A stretch of DNA of 64,000 nt from Laetmonice hystrix (lineage: Eukaryota). Made by a program: the position numbers and the translations under genes. The stretch is from NCBI GenBank assembly GCA_965235115.1, contig OZ249436.1:2916001-2980000 (forward strand). The letters run 5' to 3'. This document shows positions 38,176 to 64,000 of this stretch, piece after piece; positions within the stretch are counted from its first letter, which is position 1; every line of letters starts with the position of its first letter. The notes below the pieces were generated by a model. It had not been told where the DNA came from. It worked only from the letters and a program-made list of their open reading frames with translations, and searched no databases.

Positions 38176-41112
38176 TATTGGTTTGAACTGTTTTGACAGT
38201 GTCCTTCAGTGCTTGTTGTTTATCCCGCCCGCAAACACGAAGTTCCGGACCTGTGTGAACATTCAGTCTGCGCCACCAATGATACACGAGTACATCCACC
38301 AGTGTCTGGCCAGTACGGCCGGGGAGGGATGGTGCCTCTTCCATCATTTTACTCTTCAGTCATTTCACATAATTAAACATACACGCTGGGCATGCTCTGG
38401 GGATATTGCTATAATTTATATCGGTATTAAAAAATACTGTACAAGCGTCAGACTACCCCGACATCAGCGTTTATATCAATATTAATACTGGCTTCAGTAA
38501 ATCACTATGGTAACATCTACAGCTCGCAAGACTTTCCGTTCTGACACCTCAACAAAATCCCTGCCCCCCTAACCGCCCCCCTTTTCATGGAAATATTTAA
38601 TATTACCCCCCCCCCCCCAAAAAAAAAAAACACAAAAAAAAACAGACCACCAACTGCCTCTGTGTTCATATTAAAAAAAAACTGGGGGATTTGTGATGCT
38701 GAATTTGAAAAAAAGCCATCTGGCGGCTGATGCCACCAGATGTCAGCACCATGACCTTCCCCTTCCCATATTTGGATGTGGCCTAGACGGGTCCCCCGAC
38801 TCTCTCGCTTCGCGGAGCCGGCATTTAGAGCAGGGGACCAGAGTAAGGTCGAGGTTTCTAGGTCCCAATGCCGCGCTCACTCATTGGTAACCATGGTAGA
38901 TATTCACAGTTTGTCATTGGTTGCTTGGTAACTGATAAACATTACCAGCAAGTGTTATCTATATTCTCTGTAATAAATCACGCTCATTTCATGGTGGTCA
39001 TTTAGTAGCATGGTCAAAGGTCATACTTTCTGTGAGTATGCGACAATAAACTGACCTTCACTGACAGGCCACCTCATGATGTACCTCTTAACCTCAGGCA
39101 CGGCTGGAAAAGTTGGGACCCGAGACGGTGGGGCCCGAGATGGTGGGGCCCGAGATGGTGGGACCCAAATGGTGGGGCCCCAGATGGTGGGAACCCAGAT
39201 GGTGGGGCCCGAGACATTAGTTTTTATACTTTATGGTGATATCTATGTCCTATCAAATTGTTGTGTGGTTTTTAAGGGGGCGGGGGTTCATCGCATTTAC
39301 GCTACTTCCCGGTATAGTCTTTACCTTTTTTAAAATATATATATTTCATCTTCCCGTTGCTCATATGTCAAATTGCAGATGTTTACAAACTTCTAAATGA
39401 GGCATAAATCATAAATACCGAGACCATTAACTCGACGAAGTTAACGTTTTCCCCCAGTATTTTACCACTGTTTCAGGAGGAGGTAATTCTCAGTTGCAGA
39501 AAGCAAAGTGCAAATTTCATAAATTCTGATTACCTCCTGTTATTAGCACTCATTTCACTGCCTCCTGCAATCATCCCGATATCTCAAACTGTGCACATAC
39601 ACTCATAATGACAGCTGTCGCCATTTAATAACCTTTCAGGCATTCACGGCACGGTTACTATGGTGACGCCGTCGTGAACAGTGTCTTCACACAGTTGGTG
39701 GTGCGTCATGTGATTGCCACCAATACTACAGTGAGGACCTGCCGTCTACAGGACTGTCTCTGGCAATCGGGAATCCTCAGCCATTTCTTCGAAAGTAGCC
39801 TCGGGTGAATTCAGCGCCATTTTGAGCATCGCGGGTACACTGAGCCGGGACTCTGGCCATCATGGCAGTGCAGTACTGTGCTTGCAGTATTTTGTCTGCA
39901 TCAGGCATGAAATCAACTAAAATAAGCCTCTAGTGCTATTCCCAAAGCCAGTGGACAATATTGGGACAGTATCATGTTCATGATACAAGTAGCCCTACCA
40001 TGTGTCGTGCAGTTGTCGTTCATGGGCGCCACCATATTGCTTCCCATAATTTGATCAATTACCTTATCAAGCCGATTTAGGTGATTCATTTTTCTTCTTC
40101 AAACGTTTCCCTTCATACCAGAAATTTATATTTGCACATACAACGCCGAAGGAGCAGGTTTCAATAATGCACTACTTCTTGGCTCGATTGGATATGACGG
40201 TTCACTCCCTGCCTCGCTACACAGGTCCATTTCGTTATGTATCTCGTTGCCACAATGGCGCTCAAATCACCCGAAGTTATTTTCGAATAGCAGCAAGTGA
40301 CGTCAAATGCCCGAGGGAATCCGGAATGTGTATCTGGATGGCCTTCACACGACCCTCCCTCAGGATGTGATTAGGAACGCTGGTTAATTACTGACTTATA
40401 TGAACCGGAGACGCTGACGTTAATTATCACAACTATCAACAACACAACACTGTCCTCTCATCATCTTTATCTACCTTTCCACCATCTCAAAACAACTTCG
40501 GAATAATAAATCTGGCAAATGTAAACTGATCGTATCATGGAACTCTGGAATTAATATCCGGAATATTCTAACGGTAAAATAGACTGCAGTAATTACTAAC
40601 CTGCTCTCCGCCGGTACATGTCGTTCAGCTGTCCAACACACACCTCCGGTGTCCTGATATAGCATGGATATAATTAAACTGTCCTCCATACTCCACAGCA
40701 GGACTATTTCTATCATATCTAGTATTACACTCTCCACAATTATTGGAATAACTCTGTGCATGTGATTTATTCCTATGATTAGTAATTTAGTTTATGTAAG
40801 TCATCATTCTCTCATCACCTTGTCCTGTTGAGTGTTCTGCCAATAATAACATTGGCAAGTCGTCACCAAAATCATGTTTAAATTGTGATGATATCCTACC
40901 TTGAAACTTATCAAAAACCACCAAAGGACTTCAAATATCCTGTACATAATAACGCCAGCTAAATTCTCCAACCCGCAACACCAAGCCCCGTTTCACAGCC
41001 CCAGCCCTACACTCGTTACACCCCAGGACCTATTATAGGCTACCCCAGCCCCGCCATTAGCCCCGAATCTACGCGGCACACACCCCAGCAGCATACCCCA
41101 GCACCCCTCCAC

Positions 41113-43657
41113 AGCCCACACCTCACGGCCCACACCACACGGCCCACACCTCACGGCCCACACCCCACGGCCCACACCTCACGGCCCACACGTCGCGGCC
41201 AACACCCCACGGCCCACACCCCACGGCCCACACCCCACGGCCCACGCCCCACACCCCACACCTCACGGCCTACACCCACGGCCCACACCCCACGGCCCAC
41301 ACCTCACGGCCCACACACCCCACGGCCCACACCCCACGGCCCACACCTCACGGCCCACACCTCACGGCCCACACCCCACGGCCCACACCCCACGGCCCAC
41401 ACCTCACGGCCCACACCTCACGGCCCACACCTCACACCCCACGGCCCACACCCCACGGCCCACACCCCACGGCCCACACCCCACACCCCACGGCCCACAC
41501 CCCACGGCCCACACCCCACGGCCCACACCTCACGGCCCACACCCCACACCCCACGGCCCACACCCCACGGCCCACACCCCACGGCCCACACCTCACGGCC
41601 CACACCTCACACCCCACGGCCCACACCCCACGGCCCACGGCCCACACCTCACGGCCCACACCCCACGGCCCACACCTCACGGCCCACACCCCACGGCCCA
41701 CACCTCACGGCCCACACCCCACGGCCCACACCTCACGGCCCACACCCCACGGCCCACACCCCACGGCCCACGGCCCACACCTCACGGCCCACACCCCACA
41801 CCCCACGGCCCACACCCCACGGCCCACACCCCACGGCCCACACCTCACGGCCCACACCTCACACCCCACGGCCCACACCCCACGGCCCACGGCCCACACC
41901 TCACGGCCCACACCCCACGGCCCACACCTCACGGCCCACACCTCACACCCCACGGCCCACACCCCACGGCCCACGGCCCACACCCCACACCCCACGGCCC
42001 ACACCTCACGGCCCACACGTCGCGGCCAACACCCCACGGCCCACACCCCACGGCCCACACCCCACGGCCCACGCCCCACACCCCACACCTCACGGCCCAC
42101 ACCCCACGGCCCACACCTTACGGCCCACACCCCACGGCCCACACCTCACGGCCCACACCCCACGGCCCACACCCCACGGCCCACACCCCACGGCCCACAC
42201 CCCACGGCCCACACCTCACGGCCCACACGTCGCGGCCAACACCCCACGGCCCACACCCCACGGCCCACACCCCACGGCCCACACCTCACGGCCCACACGT
42301 CGCGGCCAACACCCCACGGCCCACACCCCACGGCCCACGCCCCACACCTCACGGCCCACACCCTACGGCCCACACCTCACGGCCCACACCCCACGGCCCA
42401 CACCCCACGGCCCACACCTCACGGCCCACACCCCACGGCCCACACCTCACGGCCCACACCCCACGGCCCACACCCCACGGCCCACACCCCACGGCCCACA
42501 CCCCACGGCCCACACCTCACGGCCCACACGTCGCGGCCAACACCCCACGGCCCACACCCCACGGCCCACACCCCACGGCCCACACCTCACGGCCCACACG
42601 TCGCGGCCAACACCCCACGGCCCACACCCCACGGCCCACGCCCCACACCTCACGGCCCACACCCTACGGCCCACACCTCACGGCCCACACCCCACGGCCC
42701 ACACCCCACGGCCCACACCTCACGGCCCACACCCCACGGCCCACACCCCACGGCCCACACCCCACGGCCCACACCCCACGGCCCACACCCCACGGCCCAC
42801 ACCCCACGGCCCACACCCCACGGCCCACACCTCACGGCCCACACCTCACGGCCCACACCCCACGGCCCACATCCCAAGGCCCACACCCCACGGCCCACAC
42901 CCCACACCCCACACCCCACACCCCACGGCCCACGGCCCACACCCCACGGCCCACGGCCCACGGCCCACACCCCACGGCCCACACCCCACGGCCCACACCC
43001 CACGGCCCACACCCCACACCCCACGGCCCACACCCCACGGCCCACGGCCCACACCCCACACCCCACACCTTACGGCCCACACCCCACGGCCCACACCCCA
43101 CACCCCATGGCCCACACCTCACGGCCCACACCCCATGGCCCACTCCACGGCCCACACCCCACACCCCACACCCCACGGCCCACACCCCACACCCCATGGC
43201 CCACAACCCATGGCCCACACCCCACGGCCCACTCCACGGCCCACACCCCACACCCCACACCCCACGGCCCACACCCCACACCCCATGGCACACACCTCAC
43301 GGCCCACACCCCATGGCCCACACCCCACACCCCACACCCCACGGCCCACTCCACGGCCCACACCCCACACCCCACACCCCACGGCCCACACCCCACACCC
43401 CATGGCCCACAACCCATGGCCCACACCCCACACCCCACACCCCACACCCCACACCCCACGGCCCACACCCCACGGCCCACGGCCCACACCCCACACCCCA
43501 CACCTCACGGCCCACACCCCACGGCCCACACCTCACGGCCCACACCTCACGGCCCACACCCCACGGCCCACACCCCACGGCCCACACCCCACGGCCCACA
43601 CCCCACGGCCCACACCTCACGGCCCACACCCCACACCCCACACCCCACACCCCACAC
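41113..43657. repeat. C-rich 14-bp (7+7) satellite, about 2.5 kb
   Basis: cccacaccccacgg repeated with variants. Confidence 0.98.
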
Positions 43658-45407
43658 CGTTCCCCTCTCTGTCTCCTCATGCTCCAGACTGCAGCAGTTC
43701 GACTGAACGACCAATTATCCCCAGCTCACTGCACTTAGTGTGGTTTAATTCTCCAAGCTGTCTTCCCCAAACCTTTTGATGTTGCATTCAATGATGAAAA
43801 CCTAGTGAAGTGTGAACTTCAGTCTCACGCCCGTCTGTCAGCTTACGCCCTACAGCTCTACTCTCCCATTGGCCAAGGCGCCATGCCAATCCACTTTTTC
43901 TACCACTTCCCTTCTTTCACCATTTTCCCACCCTGCTTCTTCCAATATCCAATTATAAATAAAACTTCAGTCATTTTTCTCCGCCACTGGCCGAGCGACA
44001 AGGGGATTCAATCCTCGTGTACGTGCTCTGTTAACTCAATGCCAACACTGCACTTGATTCTCCCCCATCACAGGGCACCTTGGAGGGTGGTTACATGTTA
44101 CCCACCCTGGGTGGTGGGGTGGTGGGGTGGTAGGGTGGTGGGGTAGAGGGGTACAGGACTGCCCTTAACTTCCGTCAGTAGATCTTCCTTCCACTTCACA
44201 TGGAATTTGAATTTTAACACATTAAGACCTTGAATTTTAACACCTTGAGACCTTGGATTTTAACACCTTGAGACCTTGGATTTTAACACATTGAGACCTT
44301 GGATTCTGAATTAGCAGACGTCATGTTTTGTTATTTAGAAGCCCCTCACTGGCATCGCCTGTCTTGATTCCACCCAGTACATGGACCACTAACGACACAG
44401 GTAAAATCTGAGTAACATAAGATACAATTGGTTCCCTTTAACTAGTAGCTGTGTCCCCATGAGAGTACAAAATTTTAATGAACATGTATATTGATTTCTC
44501 TGAGAATAGTTCCAGTACTTGACCTAGGTTATTTTAATCTCGGCCTGTAATTTTTTCCTGTAACCCGTTCTCCTGCCAATGTCGACAGGAACAATAGAAC
44601 GTCAAGTATTATTCACACCTGACCAAAGCGTCAAACATGATACCTAGTCGGCATACATCTGCTGAACGTAATGACGTCTCATGAAATCTCACTAGCTCTG
44701 AGAGTGCAGCCCAAAATTCTCCCTCATTGTAACGAATGTAACTATAGTGGGCTGTGTGAGTTGTGAACTGCCTGCTGGTTTAATTTATCTATTCCATGAG
44801 GTTTGGGTTATATAAATACTGGGTGTTGATCATGACGACTCATAATCGGCTTCAGAAATATCACAGCAAACTGCTGCCACCTGCTGACTTATTCCTGAAC
44901 TACACATACAAATGGCGTCAGTTCAAATTACTTTGTTAACATATGTTCCAAAAATATCTGCTGCTAGAAATACACTCGGCACTATTAGCGCCTGGTCCCC
45001 AGTAAGAGGCCCGTGGCCTCTTTAGTTCCAGCCAGTGTTCGGCGCTATAAATAGCGCCAGGTCGGACCATTTCAAGACAGTCAATTCTTACCACAAGAAC
45101 ATGCACATTGTTACCTGACCCATGTGGCCCAGGTCCCTGGAGAATAGACCCCGGTCCCACCCTTTTCCCACATACCCAGGGGCTAAAATTAGCCCCAGGA
45201 TGGAAGGTGCCACTTTTAATCCCTGCCACTCCAACGTGATGTAACTATAAGAAGGTTTTCTCCTGTGTTGAATGAACATAAGATTCCTGGAATACAAATT
45301 ATTGTCAAACCTAACATACTTCACTAAGTTATTGCTATGGTCCACAGTAAACCAACAGACAATGTGGTAACAAACAAACTGATATGTTACATACTTCACC
45401 AAGTTAT

Positions 45408-46240
45408 TGCCCTCCTATGGTCCACAGTAAACCATTGTCCTATGGTCCACAGTAAACCATTGCCCTCCTATGGTCCACAGTAAACCATTGCCCTCCTATG
45501 GTCCACAGTAAACCATTGTCCTATGGTCCACAGTAAACCATTGCCCTCCTATGGTCCACAGTAAACCATTGCCCTCCTATGGCCCACAGCAAACCATTGC
45601 CCTCCTATGGTCCACAGTACACCATTGCCCTCCTATGGTCCACAGTAAACCATTGCCCTCCTATGGTCCACAGTACACCATTGCCCTCCTATGGTCCACA
45701 GTAAACCATTGCCCTCCTATGGTCCACAGTAAACCATTGCCCTCCTATGGTCCACAGTAAACCATTGCCCTCCTATGGCCCACAGCAAACCATTGCCCTC
45801 CTATGGCCCACAGTAAACCATTGCTCTGCTATGGCCCACAGTAAAACATTGCCCTCCTATGGCTCACAGTAAACCATTGCCCTCCTATGGTCCACAGTAA
45901 ACCATTGCCCTCCTATGGCCCACAGTACACCATTGCCCTCTTATGGCCCACAGTAAACCATTGCCCTCCTATGGCCCACAGTAAACCATTGCCCTCCTAT
46001 GGCCCACAGTAAACCATTGCCCTCCTATGGCCCACAGTAAACCATTGCCCTCCTATGGCCCACAGTAAACCATTGCCCTCCTATGGCCCACAGTAAACCA
46101 TTGCCCTCCTATGGCCCACAGTAAACCATTGCCCTCCTATGGCCCACAGTAAACCATTGCCCTCCTATGGTCCACAGTAAACCATTGCCCTCCTATGGTC
46201 CACAGTAAACCATTGCCCTCCTATGGTCCACAGTAAACCA
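45408..46240. repeat. Minisatellite, 28-bp unit, just downstream of LONP1 exon 20
   Basis: ccattgccctcctatggtccacagtaaa repeated. Confidence 0.97.
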
Positions 46241-46296
46241 ACAGACAAAGCAATGTGGTGAACTGTTTGATATGTTACATGGAGGACTTTACTCAC

Positions 46297-59481
<13,185 letters not shown>

Positions 59482-62228
59482 TACCGGAAGAAGGCAACGG
59501 GTCCCCTTTCAAGGAAAGTCAACCGACGCGTAACAAGGCAAGGCTATCACCTTACGCCAGTTACGGATAACCTTTCCATATTTTCTGCCAAATTGCTATC
59601 ATTAGACATTAGAATGACCCTTTGTACAGTCATACAAACTATGAATTAAGGAATATAAACATGCGAATTCACCCACGATAATCTTTATACGGGTACCCCG
59701 GTCATTCCGGCAAAACCGCCATCTCGTGTTTATCGTAGGAACTATTTATAAGAGGTGGCGCCACCTGGCTGTAGAGCGATTGTTACGATCGCAGCGCCAC
59801 CCGGTGTTGGCAATTAAATTCTTGACAAATCCAATTTATTTTAAAATTTAGACGTCTGATCTCCGAACAGACGTCAAAGCTTCCAAAAGGGTGATCTCGA
59901 ACACGGTGGACACCCTGTTTAAGCGGGTCGGAGTGGTGAAATAAACACGTAGATTTCAACGCCCACCGCTGCACGGCGCTGCGATCACACTTACGGTCGT
60001 CTCAGGACTTAGATCTAGGACTTCATGATTGGGGTAAGGCTAGGCCAAACGCTATCTAAGACCATAGACCCGCAGACGAAGGCACCTTTGGAAACGTTAT
60101 GATCTATGGAATAACTCTGGGTACTTATTTGCATAGGTCGTCGCGACAGACTTTGCGTGATTGTAGGTTGAAAGTGCACAAGTTTTGAGACTTTTGTTGC
60201 CTTTTTGATAATATTCAAACAGTAGGCCCTATAGATCTCCTCTCTAGGCCTACAAAAAAGATTTCTGGATAATACTAAATATATACTGTTCAACCCCTGT
60301 TCTATCAAGATTGCTCACGAGTCCATTAGTAACACCGTTAGCGTATTTTGAACCAACTGAGGTAAAAAAAAATGACTTTTTACACTGTCTGGGTAATTTT
60401 TCTATGCCTCCCGGTGGGGGCGCTGCGAAAGAATCAAGTTCGCGTACAGAAGTCATGGAGAGTCTGATTTTCGCGGGATTTGCCCTCAACCGTACTCCCA
60501 GCGAAGGGGTAGGCTAAGCAGGCCTGGGCTATTAGAAAAATGAGGCTGCAATTTTAATGAGAATGCCTAGGCCTAGGCCTACACGTTTGATTAAATTCCC
60601 TACGCATGGGCTGTGTTATTCGCTGATGTGGTATAGGCCAGCTGGGTCTAATCTAAAAGAAGTCTAAATATGAAAACGAGCTGCTAAAACATGAAAATAA
60701 GTCTAGATCTATAGGACGCCATGGAGCCTCATGTGACATGTCTAGATCTACAGTTTGCTTTAAAATCTAAATCCAATATAGGCCGAGCTAATCTGACATG
60801 TCCTCCAGCGAATAACCAAACCACATGCTGGTGTTGTTTTTGCAGTTCAGTCTGTTGGCTGAGCGGTCGATTGAGGCGCCAGTGTAATGACTGAAGGCGT
60901 TGACGCTACCTGGGAATTGGTTTTAGTAAGCGATTACCGCTAAGTGAATAGCGATTGCTCGCACGAGCTTGAGTAGGCACGTGTAGGCTACACATGTGTA
61001 GAAGTGTATTCAACTTCTTTGTGTGCGCGAAGATGAACCAGTGTTGGTGTTGGTTACTGTGCTGGTATACTCGAACCGAGAGAGCGTATTTTCTGAGTAA
61101 AATCAAAGCAGACGTCAACCATTAGGGCCTACTTGTTCACAAAATAATAGGCCTATAGATCTAGGCCCATACTGAGGCAGGCGCGGATTTGTAGCTTTCA
61201 TTAAAACACTTATGTCTAAGGCTGAAAATGTACATCGTTTAGTTAAAGGACACTATTAGAAATTAAAAAGAAAATTGTAACTTTCACCATTCGTCTTGGA
61301 GAATTATTTAAAATCTGGCCCAGTCCTATGTAGGACCAGTCCTAACGTTAGTGCAATGCCCCCCTGGAACTTTTGCAAGGGGGGGGGCGGGTCCAGAAGA
61401 TGCGAGCTGCCGGGGGATGGGGCAATGGTCTGGAGCCCTTCACCGGCCGATAACATTACAAAAACCTAAGTTGGTCCCGAGCAGGGGGGGGGGAGGTCCG
61501 GACCCCCTGAACCCCCCCCCCCCCCCTCCCCGATCCGCGCCTGTGAGGCCAGCTGTAGCTAATCCTATAATTAAGGCTCCTACATATATGATAGGGCTTG
61601 TTGAAGACAACTAAGACCGGTCTATCTCAGTCCTTTCCATGTATAAAGTCTAGCAAACTAATTGAAGTGATTTGGAATAATGATGGTCATCATAACATGA
61701 AACCGGATGAAAATAGGCCTAGTCGGGCAGTAGATTAATAGCCCTAGGGCCTTACCGAGACAATACAAACTGGGTCTAGGTTTATTCTAGGCTATTAGGC
61801 CTAAAGTGAAAACGTTTTAATTAAGTTTAGCATTTGATATTGGTATAGAGAGTCTAGACCCTATAGCTAGTCTAGATTTTGGGTTTCTTTTAATTAAGGC
61901 CTCCAATTAAAAGAAGCTCACGACTATTTGACGTTTAGAAAACCGACACAAACGCTACAACGCTCATGCAGAGAGGAGTAATGTTGGCACACAAGCTCGT
62001 CTCCGTGTCTGCCACTAGATGTCGCGACGGGCGTAGCCGACTGTTGAGCATTCACACATGGGTTTAGTGACCGTACACTGGGGCCGTCGTCGCGGGCTGC
62101 TCAGTGTGACAGGGGGGCGCGAGGAGTACAGGCAGGTTATATAGGAGTTTGCATGTCGTGGTCAACGGGGCGGTGCACATTGTGATGATTTGAAATCGGA
62201 ACTTCGCTCAAAGTTTTTCAACCCCAAC
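59482..62228. promoter_or_regulatory. Divergent upstream region between LONP1 and the STOX-like gene
   Basis: ATGs point away from each other about 2.7 kb apart; CpG-rich ends; ETS-like CCGGAAG at 59484-59490; YY1-like AATGGCGG over the LONP1 ATG; many TAGGCCTA/AGGCCT palindromes. Confidence 0.55.
61178..61543. mobile_element. MITE with caggcgcggat TIR and apparent 5-bp TSD
   Basis: tgagg|caggcgcggat ... atccgcgcctg|tgagg; poly-G and poly-C stretches near the right end. Confidence 0.7.
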
Positions 62229-62661
62229 ATGTCTTCCAAACCGCACAAGGAAGACAAGAATGCTGTAGCGCAAGTTGTTCCGAGATGTTTAGTGATCGCT
62301 TTGAAGACGAAGAAAGACCGCGGAAAGTCGGATGCTTGTGTTGGGAGGAGCGGGGACGGCCCCGGGGAGGGTCCCGGCGGTGAGGCCGGGCTACGGTTAC
62401 CGGACAGCGGCCCCGTCCCCATCCCCGACCCGCCAAGCCCGCCATCAGGGAAGGCCCTGTTTGAAAACTTCCTGACAGAGAACAAGGATTGCTATTGGAA
62501 CCCACACTTGGAGGAGAGTATAAAGAATCTGAAGTTTATAGGTATGATTCACCCCAACACTCTGATGGTCTGCGGTCGGGATATTTACCTGGATACGGTC
62601 CGTAACGCCTGGGCTCGCCGAGTGCTGCAGGCTCCCGCTGGTTTCACCATTCACCGCGTCG
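62229..62661 (+). CDS. STOX1: First coding exon of a Storkhead-box protein (STOX1-like N-terminus); gene continues beyond the window
   Basis: ATG at 62229 (caacATG). ALFENFLTENKDCYWNPHL...LDTVRNAWARRVLQAPAGFTIHRVG resembles, from memory, the STOX1 N-terminal block (CFWN..L / AWRRRALRPP.GF.I.AVG). Ends at a phase-1 G/gtaagt donor. Orthology to STOX1 versus STOX2 cannot be settled from one exon. Confidence 0.85.
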
Positions 62662-63265
62662 GTAAGTTCCCCATTCACAGACTCTGGCTGGTCCCCCCGG
62701 GACCGGCGGCCCTCGTCCCCCGTACACACAGGGGGAGTTGTCGGGACTTAGGTTTAGTAGGTCAGTCTTATTATGTGTGCCCGCATCTTATCGTTGATTT
62801 AGGTGGCTGTGATTGTGTTAGTGTGTTACATACATTGGTTGAGATAGGAAGACAGCTAGGGGAGTAGGGCATACAACATTAGGCTTGTTGGCAGGGCTAG
62901 TAGTAGGGCTACACTTTGTAACTTGACTCACTGGAAAAGGACCATATCCGGCATATGAAAATGACCAAACTAAACCCAAAAATGCTGGGGTTCTGTACCT
63001 TGTCGCCTGGCCTAATTAAAATGGATTCAGTGAGCAATGTCATAATGTTGTCATTGGTTTCTGGCCTGTTGTTACTACTTCAGTACTTGTTTGTACTGAC
63101 TCCCTCTCACTACTGCATGGCGACTTGGTGGGGACAAAGTTCACCACAGTCCTCCAAGTCCTCCACTGCTCCACTGTATACTAGTCCGGTGGCACAGGAG
63201 TAGAACCTTGCAATCTCTGGTTACAATCGTTTCTTTGCATTTTCCAGTAATTTAGACCATGTAGT

Positions 63266-64000
63266 TCAAGAATCCGTCGGGTGTAATGATTACCCCCGCT
63301 TGGCATTTTCAAAATTCAAGATGGCGGCCAAAATGGCCGCCAAATCACGTTTTTAGCTATAACTTTTGAACCATTCAACATAGAGTCCTGATTTTGGTGT
63401 CTATCATGGGGTTTTGGGTGTCGGGGAATCCATTTACAATGTGAAAATATAATTTATTGGCTCTTATGCATACTATTGGGGCCTACATTCAAGATGGCGG
63501 CCAAAATGGCCGCCAAATCACGCTTTGAGCTATAACTTTTGAACCATACAACATAGAGTCCTGATTCTGATATCTAACATAGGGTTTTGGGTGTCGGGGA
63601 ATTCATTTATGGTGGTAAAATAATAATTTGATGACTCTTATGCATGCTAATGGGGGGGGCTACATTCAAGATGGCGGCCAAGATGGCCGTCAGATCGCGT
63701 TTTGAGCTATAACTTTTGAATCATACAACATAGAGTCCTGATTCTGGAGTATAACATGGGGTTTTGGGTGTCGGGGAATCCATTTATGGTGGTAAAATAA
63801 TAATTTGATGACTCCTGTGCCTGCTAATGGGGGCCTACATTCAAGATGGCGGCCAAGATGGCGGCCAAATCACGTTTTTAGCTATAACTTTGGAACCATA
63901 CAACATAGAGTCCTGATTCTGGTGTCTAACATGGGGTTTTGGGTGTCTGGGAATTCATTTATGGTGGTAAAATAATAATTTGATGACTCTTATGCATGCT
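63266..64000 (-). mobile_element. Second HINE-like element with about 175-bp internal repeats (runs off the window; in the STOX intron)
   Basis: caagatggcggcc-containing units at about 63316, 63488, 63666 and 63841, similar in style to the element at 17.1-18.0 kb. Confidence 0.6.

Noticed and set aside
41418..43779. Gly/Trp/Val and His/Pro/Thr ORFs
   Set aside because: Products of the 14-bp satellite.
62190..62867. Full 225-aa ORF as the STOX protein
   Set aside because: The track starts at a TTG and reads through the gtaagt donor at 62662; only 62229-62661 is supported.

Overview
This is animal (probably invertebrate) nuclear DNA, not prokaryotic. It holds (i) a spliced mitochondrial Lon protease gene (LONP1) on the minus strand, for which I traced 20 coding exons with GT-AG junctions in consistent phase (3099 nt, 1033 codons, 59481 to 46297) but could not find the expected last exon; (ii) the first coding exon of a Storkhead-box (STOX-like) gene on the plus strand, head-to-head with LONP1; (iii) a 5'-truncated CR1/L2-type LINE, two tRNA-headed SINE-like inserts, two Helentron/HINE-like elements and several MITEs; and (iv) about 30 unrelated, locally derived minisatellites, which explain most of the long ORFs in the ORF track. 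The most striking pattern is that five LONP1 splice junctions (four acceptors, one donor) have each been amplified into their own tandem array. Each unit carries intron end, splice dinucleotide and part of the exon, giving 5 to about 26 decoy splice sites next to the real one. Exon coordinates were read by hand; array boundaries are approximate.
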